A stretch of DNA of 64,000 nt from Acidimicrobiia bacterium (GTDB lineage: Bacteria > Actinomycetota > Acidimicrobiia > Acidimicrobiales > Bin134). The notes beneath the pieces are model-generated. The model made no database searches. It was not told the origin of the DNA and worked only from the letters and a program-made list of their open reading frames with translations. Position numbers and translations under genes: made by a program. The DNA lies in NCBI GenBank assembly GCA_022822265.1, contig JAJECA010000050.1:81075-145074 (forward strand), read 5' to 3'. Positions 36,081 to 46,452 of this stretch are shown piece after piece; positions within the stretch are counted from its first letter, which is position 1, and each line of letters opens with the position of its first letter.

Positions 36081-36147
36081 GAACAGAACATTACGCACTG
36101 CCCGCCCGGCGCGGGCCACCACCCGCCCGAGGGGTTAGCTTCATGGC

Positions 36148-37224
36148 ATGCCGGAGCATCTGGTGATCGACGTGGACGGCCACGTGTTCGAGCCCGACGA
36201 GCTGTGGGAGCAGTACCTACCGGCCCGGTTCCACGAGCGCCGGCCCCGGATGATCACCGACGAGCAGGGCACCACCCGCTATGTGATCGAAGGCAGGGTG
36301 ATCCCCCCGGGGACTGGGGTGGGCGCCTGGGCTCCTGAGGGCATCCGGGAGTCCACCACCCTCCGGGAGGGCGGGGTCGACTCGGGGCTCCGGCTGGCCG
36401 ACATGTACACCGAGGGCATCGACATCGCCGTGCTGTACGGGGCCATGTCCCTCGGTCTTTACGCCGGAGCAGACCAAGAGCTGACTGTGGCCTGCTGTCG
36501 GGCCTACAACAACTGGCTGGCCGACTGGTGCTCGGCCGACCCCAAGCGCTTGCGGGGCACCCCGGCACTACCGCTGAAGTGGATGGACGAGGCGGTGGCC
36601 GAGGCCGAGCGATGTGTGACCGAGCTGGGATTCGTGTCGCTGACCGTTCCCTGCGCGGTGGGCGACCGCAACCCAGACCACCCCGACAACGACCCGCTCT
36701 ACGACCTAGCCGAGCAGCTCAACGTGCCATTGGGCTTCCACGCCGGCGGCTGCCGGTTCGCCAACGACCGGTTCACCGACGCCTACGCCCAGCTCCACGT
36801 GATCGAGTTCCCGTTCAACCTGATGTTCGCGGCCACCACCCTGATCTGCGGCGGGGTGTTTGAGCGGTTCAAGCGGCTCCGGGTGGCTTTGCTGGAAGGC
36901 GGCGTGGGCTGGGTGCCCCACACCTTGGAGCGACTCAACGAGCACTACGAATATCGAAGCCACGAGTTCGGCGCCATCACCAAGCCGCCCGGCGAGTACC
37001 TGGCGGAGGGGCGGCTGTTCGTTTCCACTGAGGGGGAACACGGCTTGCCCCAGGTGATCGAGCAGATCGGCTGCGACATCATCGTGTGGGCATCGGACTA
37101 CCCCCACTGGGACAGCGACTTCCCCACCAGCGTGACCGGCGTGACTGATCGCCCCGACCTGGCCGATACCCACAAGCAGGCCATTTTCGAGACCAACCCC
37201 AAGCGGCTCTTCGGATGGGATTGA
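36148..37224 (+). CDS. Amidohydrolase_2 family protein
   Basis: VIDVDGHVFEP..., ASDYPHWDS. Confidence 0.85.
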   Translation: MPEHLVIDVDGHVFEPDELWEQYLPARFHERRPRMITDEQGTTRYVIEGRVIPPGTGVGAWAPEGIRESTTLREGGVDSGLRLADMYTEGIDIAVLYGAMSLGLYAGADQELTVACCRAYNNWLADWCSADPKRLRGTPALPLKWMDEAVAEAERCVTELGFVSLTVPCAVGDRNPDHPDNDPLYDLAEQLNVPLGFHAGGCRFANDRFTDAYAQLHVIEFPFNLMFAATTLICGGVFERFKRLRVALLEGGVGWVPHTLERLNEHYEYRSHEFGAITKPPGEYLAEGRLFVSTEGEHGLPQVIEQIGCDIIVWASDYPHWDSDFPTSVTGVTDRPDLADTHKQAIFETNPKRLFGWD

Positions 37225-37228
37225 GCAC

Positions 37229-38269
37229 ATGAGCCTGATCACAACTGCCGACACCATCGAAGAGTGGGTGGAGTTGGCCCATGCCGAAGGGCTGACCGAC
37301 GGGTTGCCGGTGTATCCCCCTACCCGAGCGGCAGTAAACGCTCTGGTGGAGGCCTCAGGCCGCGATCCCGGCCAGCTTCTGGGGGCCATCCCCCCGAGGG
37401 GCGGGGCGGCCACCGTGGAAGTGGTGGCGGCCAACGCGGCCATGGCCGGCTGTCGGCCCGAGCACTTCGAGGTGGTGCTTGCCGCCGTAGAGGCCATGCT
37501 GGAGGACCGCTTCAACCTGCGGGGGGTGGTCACCACCACCCATCCGTGCTGGCCGTTGGTCATTGTGTCGGGACCAATCGTGGAGCAGCTCGGTATGGCC
37601 CACACCGAATCGGTGTTCAGCGGTGGCGGGGCCCATGCCAATGCGGCCATCGGACGGGCCGTGAAGCTGCTGTTGTGGAACGCCGGCGGCGCCACCCCCG
37701 GCGAGCCGGTCAAAGAGGTGTTCGGCCATCCCGGCCGCTATGCCTTCTGCGTGGCCGAGTCGCCGGCCAGCCCGTGGCCACCGCTGCACCAAGCCCGAGG
37801 CATCGACGCAGTCAGCGGGATCACGGTGTTCGCCTGCGAGTCCCCCACCAGCGTGGCCATGTGGGGCGCAGACGACACGCCCGTCAACCGCCTGGCGCAA
37901 CTGGCCGATGCCATGGCCATCAAGGGGTGCAACAACACCCACACCATGGGCGAGACCTTGGTGGTGCTCACTCCAAATGAGGCCCGTCACATGGCCGAGA
38001 ACGGCTACGACCGCAGCGCGGTGCAAGAGCAACTCTGGCAGCAGGCCCGGCGGCGCATCGGCGACCTCCTCTCCCCCGGCGTTCCGCCCTATGCGTGGTG
38101 GCCCGACTGGGTGGACACCGGCGATCCCGACACGCTGGTGCCGGTCACCGAGCGGCCCGAAGACATCCACGTAATGGTCACCGGCGCCGAATCCATCCCC
38201 TGGATGGCGGTTTGCGCCGGCTGGGGCAACCTGGGCGGCTACGCGGTGAGCCGGGCGCTGGATGGGTAA
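37229..38269 (+). CDS. Hypothetical protein (TDGLPVYPPT motif)
   Basis: 346-aa ORF beginning 4 nt after the amidohydrolase and ending 18 nt before the UGSC gene. Family not recognised. Confidence 0.6.
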   Translation: MSLITTADTIEEWVELAHAEGLTDGLPVYPPTRAAVNALVEASGRDPGQLLGAIPPRGGAATVEVVAANAAMAGCRPEHFEVVLAAVEAMLEDRFNLRGVVTTTHPCWPLVIVSGPIVEQLGMAHTESVFSGGGAHANAAIGRAVKLLLWNAGGATPGEPVKEVFGHPGRYAFCVAESPASPWPPLHQARGIDAVSGITVFACESPTSVAMWGADDTPVNRLAQLADAMAIKGCNNTHTMGETLVVLTPNEARHMAENGYDRSAVQEQLWQQARRRIGDLLSPGVPPYAWWPDWVDTGDPDTLVPVTERPEDIHVMVTGAESIPWMAVCAGWGNLGGYAVSRALDG

Positions 38270-38287
38270 AGCTGGCAGGATTGGAGT

Positions 38288-38836
38288 GTGAAGTTGACCA
38301 GTGAGCTGGTGGATCCCCGGGGCCAAGTAGTGGTCAACGACGACGCGCTGGCCTCCCGTCAGGGCCACACCCTGGGGCCACTGACCATCGGTTTCCTGGT
38401 CAACGAGTACAACCCCTCGTCCGGCCCCGACTTCACCCGCTACACCGAGGTGCTGGAACAGGAGTTCCGCCACCGCCTAGACGTGGACGCGGTGGTCCGC
38501 CAGCACAAGCCGGTGCTCAGCCGCCCCGCGGGTGACGAAATGCTGGCCTCGTTCCGGGCCTGCGCGGGGGTGGTCAACGGCCTGGCCAAATGAGGCTCAT
38601 GCACGTCGGGCAGTGTGCTCGACGCCGTGAACCTGGAGAGGCTGGGCATCCCCACCGTCACCGTGGTGACTGAGCCCTTCACCGTGGCCGCCGACACCGT
38701 GGCCCGCTCCTTGGGCATGCCCGACGTCCCCCGGGTGGTGATCCCCCACGACTACCTAAGCGAGGACACCGACGCCATCGCCAAGAAGCTCGAGCCTCTG
38801 CTCGACGAGATTCTCGACCGGTTGCTGGTTCGCTGA
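38288..38836 (+). CDS. UGSC-motif selenoprotein (in-frame TGA at 38591-38593 read as Sec)
   Basis: ORFs 38288..38593 and 38615..38836 are in one frame, separated only by this TGA. The read-through sequence is ...VNGLAK-U-GSC-TSGSVLDAVNLERLGIPTV. A hairpin starts 10 nt after the TGA. The start may instead be TTG at 38294. Confidence 0.75.
38604..38624 (+). promoter_or_regulatory. Candidate bacterial SECIS hairpin
   Basis: cgtcgggc-agtgt-gctcgacg: 8 bp including one G-U pair, with GU in the apical loop, beginning 10 nt after the UGA. Confidence 0.5.
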
Positions 38837-38855
38837 GCGGCCGCTAGTTCGCCGA

Positions 38856-40064
38856 CTACGAACTCTGCTCTTGGAATTCCTCGGGACTGAGGATGCGGCC
38901 GCCGTCCTTGAACAAGATGTCGTTGTAGCCCTGGCCAGGGGGGATGAACTCGGCCCAAATGGGCTTGTGGTAGCCAACATAGATGGTGCGGCGTCCGCCG
39001 GAGGCGGGGGCGGCAGTGGGAGGCGGGGCGCCGTGCATGGTATGCCCGTAATGCACGGTGACATCGCCGGGCGAGGCGCTTATGGCCACCGTGGGCCAGT
39101 CATCGCGCACATGACGAGACCGACTGGACGAGTCGCTTGAGCCAGCCAGGTAGTGGAGCTGGCCGTTGGCCTCAGAACACTCGTCGAGCTGGATGCCGAT
39201 GCTCACCGTGGGACAGGTGATGGAGTGCCCGCCGGTGCCGCAGTCCCGGTGCCAGGGCAAGTCGGCCATTCCCTCCACGATGCTGGGCAGCTTGATCACC
39301 ACCGATACGCCGTCGCCCCTCTCGGGATAGGCGGCAAAGTCGTCTCCGCCCAGCGCGCCGATGGAGTCCAAACGGCGGTCGCCGATCAGGCTGAGCATCA
39401 GCTCGCTGCGGTCGTCCATGTGGGTAACCCGGCAGCACACCTCCTCGCCATCGGCGTTGGTGGCCCACCAGGAGCGGTGGTCGTCGGGGGTGGCCGCGCT
39501 TCGCTGGCGCTCCACATCGGCCCGCAGGGCGTCGATCTCCTCGGCGCTAAACACGCCTCGGATGTGGAGGAACCCGGCCTCGTTGAGGTACCGGCTCATT
39601 TCCTTGTGGTCGTCGTCGAGGGTGAAGCTGCGGGACAGGTCCACCGTGGGCTCCCATCCCTCGTACAGGGGACGGCCGTGGTACATGGCCAACAGCACCG
39701 GCTCGAAGTCCTCGAACAGCCCGAAATCCCCCCGAATCATCTCGGCGGCCTCGGCATACAGCAGGCCGACCCAGGTCCACAGCTCGGCCACGTAGTTCGA
39801 CCAGTTCTGCTCGCTGACCTCCACCACCAGCTCGGCGTCGTCGCCGGGCCGGATCTCAACCTCACCGTCGCCCACCACATAGGTCACCGACCGGCCGTCG
39901 GTCAGCCGCCAAGCAAAGCTCTTGACCAGGGCCCCGGCTGCGATATCAGCAGCCAGCGCCCCGTTGCCCTCGGCCAAGCGCCGGGGCAGCTCCTCTGAAT
40001 GGAATTGTTCGAAATCCAGGGTGTCGAACAGGGGAAGACGGGGAGCATGGTCCACTACAGCCAT
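38856..40064 (-). CDS. Phytanoyl-CoA dioxygenase (PhyH) family Fe(II)/2OG oxygenase with N-terminal extension
   Basis: GFLHIRGVFSAEEI, LPWHRDCG, and VHYGHTMHGAPP. Confidence 0.65.
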   Translation of the reverse strand: MAVVDHAPRLPLFDTLDFEQFHSEELPRRLAEGNGALAADIAAGALVKSFAWRLTDGRSVTYVVGDGEVEIRPGDDAELVVEVSEQNWSNYVAELWTWVGLLYAEAAEMIRGDFGLFEDFEPVLLAMYHGRPLYEGWEPTVDLSRSFTLDDDHKEMSRYLNEAGFLHIRGVFSAEEIDALRADVERQRSAATPDDHRSWWATNADGEEVCCRVTHMDDRSELMLSLIGDRRLDSIGALGGDDFAAYPERGDGVSVVIKLPSIVEGMADLPWHRDCGTGGHSITCPTVSIGIQLDECSEANGQLHYLAGSSDSSSRSRHVRDDWPTVAISASPGDVTVHYGHTMHGAPPPTAAPASGGRRTIYVGYHKPIWAEFIPPGQGYNDILFKDGGRILSPEEFQEQSS

Positions 40065-40109
40065 GACGAGAATTTAGTCCACCGCTACCCAAGGACCCCG
40101 AAGCGCCCG

Positions 40110-40943
40110 CTAGAACTCCATTCCCGCATAGGGATCGGTGGGATTGCGGCGGGCTTCGATGTCGGTGAAGCGAATTGCCGCCGCCTCGGGAGTGATGTCA
40201 TGGGTGAACACCCAAAACCGGTCCTCCACAATGGCGCTCACCACGTTGGCGGCAACCTGAGAAGGAGCAATTCCCCGCGCGCTGAGCATCTCCCGCATCG
40301 GGGTCATGATGGCGTTCTGGGTGGCGGTCAGCTCGGCGTCGTAAGGTCGGTTCCGCTCCGACTGGAAGATCTGGGTGTTCACCAAGTTGGGGCACAGGCA
40401 CGACACCCCCACACCCAGGGGATGCAACTCTCGCCACAGCGCCTCGCTCAACCCCACCACGGCGTGCTTGGTAGCGCAGTACATGCCCAGCGCGCTGTTG
40501 GTGACCAAGCCGGCCTCCGACGCAGTGTTCACGATGTGACCTTCCCCAGCCTCGGCCAGGATCGGCCCGAACGTGATCACTCCATGGGCCACGCCAATCA
40601 CGTTCACGCCCACGATCCACTCCCACTCCTCGGCGGTGGTCTCCAGCATCAAGCCGCCAGGCCCCACTCCAGCGTTGTTGCACACCACATGCACCCCGCC
40701 GTAGGACGACAGGGCTTGCTCAGCTAGGTCTTTCACCGAGGCCGCGTCGCTCACATCGCACAGCACGCCCAGCACATCGGCACCCTCGGCCTGAAGTTGG
40801 GAAGCCGATGCAGCCAGGGCTTCTTCCTCCACATCGGCCATCACCACCGGCATGCCCTCAGATACGAACTGCTTGGTCATGGCCAAGCCGATACCGCTAG
40901 CCGCCCCCGTGACCACCGCGACTTTGCCCTTGAGCTCCTTCAT
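40110..40943 (-). CDS. SDR-family oxidoreductase
   Basis: VAVVTGAASGIGLA, NNAG, and YCATKHAV (YxxxK). Confidence 0.9.
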   Translation of the reverse strand: MKELKGKVAVVTGAASGIGLAMTKQFVSEGMPVVMADVEEEALAASASQLQAEGADVLGVLCDVSDAASVKDLAEQALSSYGGVHVVCNNAGVGPGGLMLETTAEEWEWIVGVNVIGVAHGVITFGPILAEAGEGHIVNTASEAGLVTNSALGMYCATKHAVVGLSEALWRELHPLGVGVSCLCPNLVNTQIFQSERNRPYDAELTATQNAIMTPMREMLSARGIAPSQVAANVVSAIVEDRFWVFTHDITPEAAAIRFTDIEARRNPTDPYAGMEF

Positions 40944-41057
40944 AACCGCAACTCCTCTCTCCGGCTTCCCGACGCCTCATATTGCCAGGGTTGATAACCG
41001 GCCAATGACTTGTAGCCAGATCACCATGACAAGGCTGCCGGAGCGACAGGCCGTAGT

Positions 41058-41906
41058 GTGAGAGGAATGGCTGTCCCTGTTGCCGACCTCACCGGAGCCA
41101 CCGTGATCGTGGCCGGTGCCGGAGGAGGGGGAATCGGCACTTTTTCTTGTGAGGCGGCCCAGGCAGCCGGAGCCGAGGTGGTGGCGGTGGAGCAGTCTCC
41201 AGAGGAGATGGACAAGCTCGACCTGCTCCCCCGCCCGGTGGTCAAGGTCCAGGCCGATCTCACCGATCCCGATGCTCCGGCGGCCGTCGTGGAGGCCGCA
41301 CTCAACGCCCATGGCCGCATCGATGGGTTGATCAACGTGGCCGGCGGCACCGGCATCGACGACTTCGGCCCCCTGGTGGACATCGACCGCCAGGGCTGGG
41401 ACCGGGTCATGGCCAACAACCTCCGCTATGTGGCCTTCCTCAACCGCGAGGTGGCCCGGGCCATGATCGACGCCGGAACCGGCGGGGCCATGGTCAACGT
41501 CTCCTCGGTGAGCAGCCTGGCCTCCCAGCCATTCCTGGCCGCCTACGGAGCGGCCAAGGCCGGTCTCAACTCGCTCACCCGCACCATGGCTGTGGAGTGG
41601 GGGGCCCACGGCATCCGGGTCAACGCCGTCGCCCCCGGAACCATCACCACGCCCCGGGCCGGTGATCATGAGTCGCTCGAAGCGGCTAAGCGCGCCATTC
41701 CCCTGGGTCGCCGGGGCCATCCCGCCGAGATTGCTGCCGCCGCGGTGTTCCTGCTCAGCCCCCAGGCCAGCTACATCACCGGGCAGGTGCTGTCGGTAGA
41801 CGGCGGCATGTCGGTGAAGCTGGCCATGCTGGGCGACGACAACGCCCCGGTGTTCGTCACCGATCCCGAGGTGAAAGCCCGAATGTTCGGGACGGAGGCG
41901 CCATGA
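41058..41906 (+). CDS. SDR-family oxidoreductase
   Basis: VIVAGAGGGGIG, YGAAKAG. The start is GTG at 41058 or ATG at 41067. Confidence 0.85.
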   Translation: MRGMAVPVADLTGATVIVAGAGGGGIGTFSCEAAQAAGAEVVAVEQSPEEMDKLDLLPRPVVKVQADLTDPDAPAAVVEAALNAHGRIDGLINVAGGTGIDDFGPLVDIDRQGWDRVMANNLRYVAFLNREVARAMIDAGTGGAMVNVSSVSSLASQPFLAAYGAAKAGLNSLTRTMAVEWGAHGIRVNAVAPGTITTPRAGDHESLEAAKRAIPLGRRGHPAEIAAAAVFLLSPQASYITGQVLSVDGGMSVKLAMLGDDNAPVFVTDPEVKARMFGTEAP

Positions 41907-42640
41907 GCAAACCTCCGAGCGGCGACAAGCGCCATCGCTTCACCGATTGGGCTGGCCAAGACGACGACGCCCCCGAGCTGGTGGCCGCGGCCACCGTGGT
42001 GCTGTTGCGCGATGCGCCCGGAGGACTGGAAACCCTGATGATGCGGCGCAGCTCCAAGCTCAGCTTCGTCGGCGGGATGTGGGTGTTCCCCGGCGGTCGG
42101 GTGGACGATGACGACTACCCCGCCGGGCAGCCCGACGACATATACGCCGCCAGTCGGGTCGCTGCGGTGCGGGAGGCCGCGGAGGAGGCCGACCTGGCTA
42201 TCGCAATTGATGATTTGGTGCCCTATTCCCACTGGGTTCCCCCCACCACCATCAACAAGCGCTTCGCCACCTGGTTCTTCCTCGCCCCCGCTCCGGCAGG
42301 CACGGTCACCGTGGACGGCGGCGAGATCAAAGAGCACGCCTGGTGGCGCCCGGGCGAAACCCTGGCCCGCCATGCCGCCAGCGAGATAGAGATGGTCCCG
42401 CCCACATTCATCACTTTGATGGAGTTGACCCAACACTCCACCGTCGACCACGCCATGGCCGCGGCCCGCGACCGGGCCGACGATATTCCCCACTACGAGA
42501 CCCATATCGCCCTGGACGGCAAAGTCCCGGTGTCTTTATGGCACGGCGATGCCGGCTACGACACCCATGACGCCAGCGCGCCCGGCCCCCGGCACCGTCT
42601 CACCCTGCACGAGGGCGGCTGGCGGTTTGAGCGAACATGA
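41903..42640 (+). CDS. NUDIX hydrolase
   Basis: GGMWVFPGGRVDDDD...AAVREAAEEADL (Nudix box). ATGA coupling at both ends. Confidence 0.8.
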   Translation: MSKPPSGDKRHRFTDWAGQDDDAPELVAAATVVLLRDAPGGLETLMMRRSSKLSFVGGMWVFPGGRVDDDDYPAGQPDDIYAASRVAAVREAAEEADLAIAIDDLVPYSHWVPPTTINKRFATWFFLAPAPAGTVTVDGGEIKEHAWWRPGETLARHAASEIEMVPPTFITLMELTQHSTVDHAMAAARDRADDIPHYETHIALDGKVPVSLWHGDAGYDTHDASAPGPRHRLTLHEGGWRFERT

Positions 42641-44004
42641 CGCGGGGGCTTAGCCGTAGAACCGCAGCCGCCCCACCGATGTTGGTGATGGTGGCCGTGT
42701 TCATCACCGTTGCCGCCGGTGCCTGCGGATCGGGGTCATCCACCGAGTCGGCCCCCTCGCCCACCCCGGCCGTCGTCGAACCTCCAGCCACGGCCACCCC
42801 GGCTCCTGATCTCGGGCCGGTGACCTTTGTCGACCCCGTCTTCCAGCCCGATGGCAACCGGCTAGCCACCGGCTCCGGTCTGGGCACCGGCTTCATCCAG
42901 CAAATTACAACCAAGGACATCAACTTGGGCGATGTCCCGACCTGGGTCACCGGCACCAGCACGCCCGACGGGGACGTCTGGGTGGTTGCCCTGGCCGATG
43001 GAACGGTGTACGGCTATCAGATCCCCATTGGAGGCCAGCCCTCCCCCTTTGACATCCCCGGCGACCGGCTAGCCCCCGGCCAGCCGCCGGTTTTGGCCGT
43101 GCAGGGCAATTCGGTGCGACTGGCCACCACACCGGCCAACGCCTCTCCCAACAGCGTGCCTGTGTACTTGACAGGCAATCGAGCCGCCTACGTTGACAAC
43201 CTCCAGCGACTCACCGTGCTGGAGCCCGACGGCACACTGTGGCGTCCCGAGCTCGAAGTGCTTCCCGATACCCGGGTGGTCCAAATCAGCCCGGAAAAGG
43301 TGCTGGTGCTGGCTCAGCCCACCGATCGCTACCCCCAGTCCGCATTGGGCGACAATCTGGAGGCCACAACAGTGGTGGTGGTCACCGTTGGAGTGAACGA
43401 GGTCGAGGTGGTGTACGAGTCGGGCGACGATGTGATCGAGTCCATCGCTCCCCTGCTAGCCGATGTGGACGGCGACGGAATCGACGATGTGGTGCTCACC
43501 GTCAGCAATGACAGCGAAATCTGGTTCGAGGTGGCATCGAGCACCGGCGGCGGTGTGATGGCGATCAGCGATCCGGTGGACCGATTGTTGGGCTGGCGCC
43601 ACTTGGTAGCGGTAGGGCCGCTCAGCCCCACGGGGCAAACTGAGATCGTCGAAGTCCTCTACCCCGACACCCAGGGGTCGGTGAGGTTCTTGAGCTTGAA
43701 CGGAAGCAAATTGGGGATTACTGCGACACGAACGGGATACCGGTCCCACGAGTTCGGCGCCCGGAACCTCGAGCAGGCCGTGGCCGCCGACGTCGACCGG
43801 GACAGCTATGTCGAAGTGATCCTCCCCACGCTCGACCGGCAGCACATCGCCGGCGTGCGCCACGGCCCCGACGGAGCCGTGGATATGTGGAGCCGCCCGC
43901 TCGGGGGCACGCTGGCCAGCAACATCGCGGTGCTCACCCGCCCCGACGGCACGATGTCAGTAGCCGCCGCCACCGTCGAGGGCTCTTTGCGCATCTGGCA
44001 GTGA
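42637..44004 (+). CDS. Secreted lipoprotein with FG-GAP/VCBS-like beta-propeller repeats
   Basis: Lipobox AAGAC-GSGSS, and the Ca-binding-like loops DVDGDGIDDVV and AADVDRDSYVEV. Confidence 0.6.
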   Translation: MTRGLSRRTAAAPPMLVMVAVFITVAAGACGSGSSTESAPSPTPAVVEPPATATPAPDLGPVTFVDPVFQPDGNRLATGSGLGTGFIQQITTKDINLGDVPTWVTGTSTPDGDVWVVALADGTVYGYQIPIGGQPSPFDIPGDRLAPGQPPVLAVQGNSVRLATTPANASPNSVPVYLTGNRAAYVDNLQRLTVLEPDGTLWRPELEVLPDTRVVQISPEKVLVLAQPTDRYPQSALGDNLEATTVVVVTVGVNEVEVVYESGDDVIESIAPLLADVDGDGIDDVVLTVSNDSEIWFEVASSTGGGVMAISDPVDRLLGWRHLVAVGPLSPTGQTEIVEVLYPDTQGSVRFLSLNGSKLGITATRTGYRSHEFGARNLEQAVAADVDRDSYVEVILPTLDRQHIAGVRHGPDGAVDMWSRPLGGTLASNIAVLTRPDGTMSVAAATVEGSLRIWQ

Positions 44005-44076
44005 CCGATTCGGTGGCCATCCTGGACGATGGCGAATCGTCCCATTTCGATTCCCAGCCGGTAACTTCGGAGCCTG

Positions 44077-46452
44077 ATGGCTACTGAGACCGCGGCAAGC
44101 GCAGCCACCGAGGTAGACCCAGCGCGGGGGCTCACTGCCGAGCAGGTGGCCGAGCGGGTGGCCGCCGGGCGCACCAACCAGGTGCCGGACGCCCCCGTGC
44201 GTACGCTGCCCCAGATTCTGCGGGCCAACGTGTTCTCCCCGGTCAACGGGATCATGCTGGCGCTGTTCGCCGCCATCCTGGTGGCTGGGTTCCCCCGCGA
44301 CGGCTTGTTCGTGGGGGTGGTGGTGTCCAACGCAGTGATCGGCGTGGCCCAGGAGATCCGGGCCAAGCGCGAGCTCGACAAGCTGGCGGTGCTCAGCGCA
44401 CCCAAGGCCCGGGTGGTGCGCGACGTAGAGGTGTCCGAAGTCGGGGTAAGTGAGGTGGTGGCCGACGAGGTGCTGGAGCTGGCCCCTGGCGACCAGGTGG
44501 TGGTGGACGGGGTGGTGCTTGCCTCCTCCGGGCTGGAGGCCGATGAGTCGCTGCTCACCGGCGAGGCCGATCCCATTGAGAAGGAACCGGGCGACGAGCT
44601 TCTGTCGGGCAGCTTCGTAGCAGCGGGCAGCGGGCGGTACCAGGCCACCCGCATCGGTGCTGAGTCGTACGCCAGCTCGCTGTCGGAAGAGGCCAAGCGC
44701 TTCACCCTGGTCAACAGCGAACTGCGCCGGGGCATCGACACCGTGCTGCGCTGGCTGATCATCATCATCCCCCCGGCCTCGGCTCTGCTGATATTGGTGC
44801 TGCTCGACACCGAGGACCGCTGGCAGAACGCCTTGCAGGGCACAGTGGCCGCCGCGGTGGCCATGGTCCCCGACGGGCTGGTACTGCTCACCAGCCTGTC
44901 CTTTGTGGCCGGCGTCATTGCATTGGCCCGACGACGGGCGTTGGCCAAAGAACTGGCTACCGTGGAGTTGCTGGCCCGTACCGACGTGCTGTGCCTGGAC
45001 AAGACCGGCACCATCACCACCGGACACATCAGCTTCGGCGAGGTGGAGAGCCTGCCCGGAGTCGATCCCAATTTGGTGGCCACCGCCCTCGGGGCCATGG
45101 CCCACGCTGATGAGGCCCCCAACGCCACCATGCTGGCGGTGCGCGACGCCTACCCTGCTCCCGAAGACGGCGACACCGGCGGCTGGGCGCCGGTGGGTTC
45201 CACTCCGTTCTCCAGCGCCCGCAAGTGGTCCGCCATGGAGTTCCGCAGTCACGGCGCCTTCTACTTCGGCGCCCCCGACGTGATCGCCGGCGATCTGCCC
45301 GATGTGATGAACCGAGTGGCGACCCACGCAGAAGCGGGCCGGCGCACCCTTCTGCTGGCCCGCAGCCCCGAGCCCCTGGCCGATGAGACCCTGCCCGAAA
45401 GCCGGACCCCACTGGCCCTCATCCTGCTAGAAGACACGATCCGCCCCGATGCCCCCGAGATCCTGGCCTTCTTCCGGGAGCAGGGGGTGAACCTCAAGGT
45501 GATCTCCGGCGACCACACCGCGACGGTGGCCGCGGTGGCCCAGCGGGCCGGCATCCCCAATGCCCACAACCACATCGACGCCCGGGAGCTGCCCGAGGAC
45601 ACCGACGAGATGGCCGCGGCCCTGGCCGACAACGCCGTGTTCGGCCGAGTCACCCCCCAGCAGAAGCAGGCCATGGTGGGCGCGCTCCAGTCGAGGGGCC
45701 ACACCGTGGCCATGACCGGCGACGGCGTAAACGACGTGTTGGCCCTGAAGAACGCCGACATGGGCATCGCCATGGGCAGCGGCTCGGCCTCCACCCGGGC
45801 GGTGGCCCAACTGGTGCTGCTCGACAACTCGTTCGCCACTCTGCCCGAGGTGCTGGCCCAGGGGCGCAAGGTGATCAACAACGTGGAGCGGGTGGCCAAC
45901 CTGTTCGTGACCAAGGCGGCCTACGCCGTGCTGCTAACCGTGCTGGTGGGCATCTTCACCGTGGAATATCCGTTCCTCCCCCGCCACCTCACCCTGGTGG
46001 GCACATTCTCCATCGGCGTGCCCGGCCTATTCCTCGCCTTGGCTCCCAGCACGGAGCTGATCCGGCCCGGCTTTCTGACCAGGGTGCTGCGGTTCTCCGT
46101 TCCCGCTGGAGTGCTGGCCGCGGTGGCGTCCTTCTTCGTCTACGAGATCGCCCGCCGCCATGACGAGGTCACCCTGCCCGAGGCCCGCACCGTGGCCACA
46201 TTCACCTTGCTGGGGGTCGGGCTGGTGATCTTGGTGGTGATCAGCCGCCCGCTGCGACCGTGGAAGATCGGCCTGGCCGTGGCCATGGGTGGGTCGTATC
46301 TGATCGTGATGGTGTGGCCATGGGCCCGGAGTTTCTTCGAGCTGGACGTGCCTCCGGCATGGATGTGGATCCCCACCATCGCGGCAGTGGTGATCGCCGG
46401 TTGCGGGGTGGTCACCATCCCCCGGGCCTTGAGGAGATACCAGGACCAGTGA
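44077..46452 (+). CDS. Cation-transporting P-type ATPase (HAD-IC, CtpE-like)
   Basis: LTGEADP, CLDKTGTITTG, MTGDGVNDVLALKNADMGIAMG, and about 10 TM segments. Confidence 0.92.
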   Translation: MATETAASAATEVDPARGLTAEQVAERVAAGRTNQVPDAPVRTLPQILRANVFSPVNGIMLALFAAILVAGFPRDGLFVGVVVSNAVIGVAQEIRAKRELDKLAVLSAPKARVVRDVEVSEVGVSEVVADEVLELAPGDQVVVDGVVLASSGLEADESLLTGEADPIEKEPGDELLSGSFVAAGSGRYQATRIGAESYASSLSEEAKRFTLVNSELRRGIDTVLRWLIIIIPPASALLILVLLDTEDRWQNALQGTVAAAVAMVPDGLVLLTSLSFVAGVIALARRRALAKELATVELLARTDVLCLDKTGTITTGHISFGEVESLPGVDPNLVATALGAMAHADEAPNATMLAVRDAYPAPEDGDTGGWAPVGSTPFSSARKWSAMEFRSHGAFYFGAPDVIAGDLPDVMNRVATHAEAGRRTLLLARSPEPLADETLPESRTPLALILLEDTIRPDAPEILAFFREQGVNLKVISGDHTATVAAVAQRAGIPNAHNHIDARELPEDTDEMAAALADNAVFGRVTPQQKQAMVGALQSRGHTVAMTGDGVNDVLALKNADMGIAMGSGSASTRAVAQLVLLDNSFATLPEVLAQGRKVINNVERVANLFVTKAAYAVLLTVLVGIFTVEYPFLPRHLTLVGTFSIGVPGLFLALAPSTELIRPGFLTRVLRFSVPAGVLAAVASFFVYEIARRHDEVTLPEARTVATFTLLGVGLVILVVISRPLRPWKIGLAVAMGGSYLIVMVWPWARSFFELDVPPAWMWIPTIAAVVIAGCGVVTIPRALRRYQDQ

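Noticed and set aside
37355-38473. 372-aa minus-strand ORF.
   Set aside because: It runs antisense to the 37229 and UGSC genes, with shadow-frame composition.
43806-45327. Two long minus-strand ORFs (441 and 456 aa) opposite the P-type ATPase.
   Set aside because: Both are antisense shadow ORFs. The plus-strand ATPase carries all canonical motifs (DKTGT, TGDGVND).
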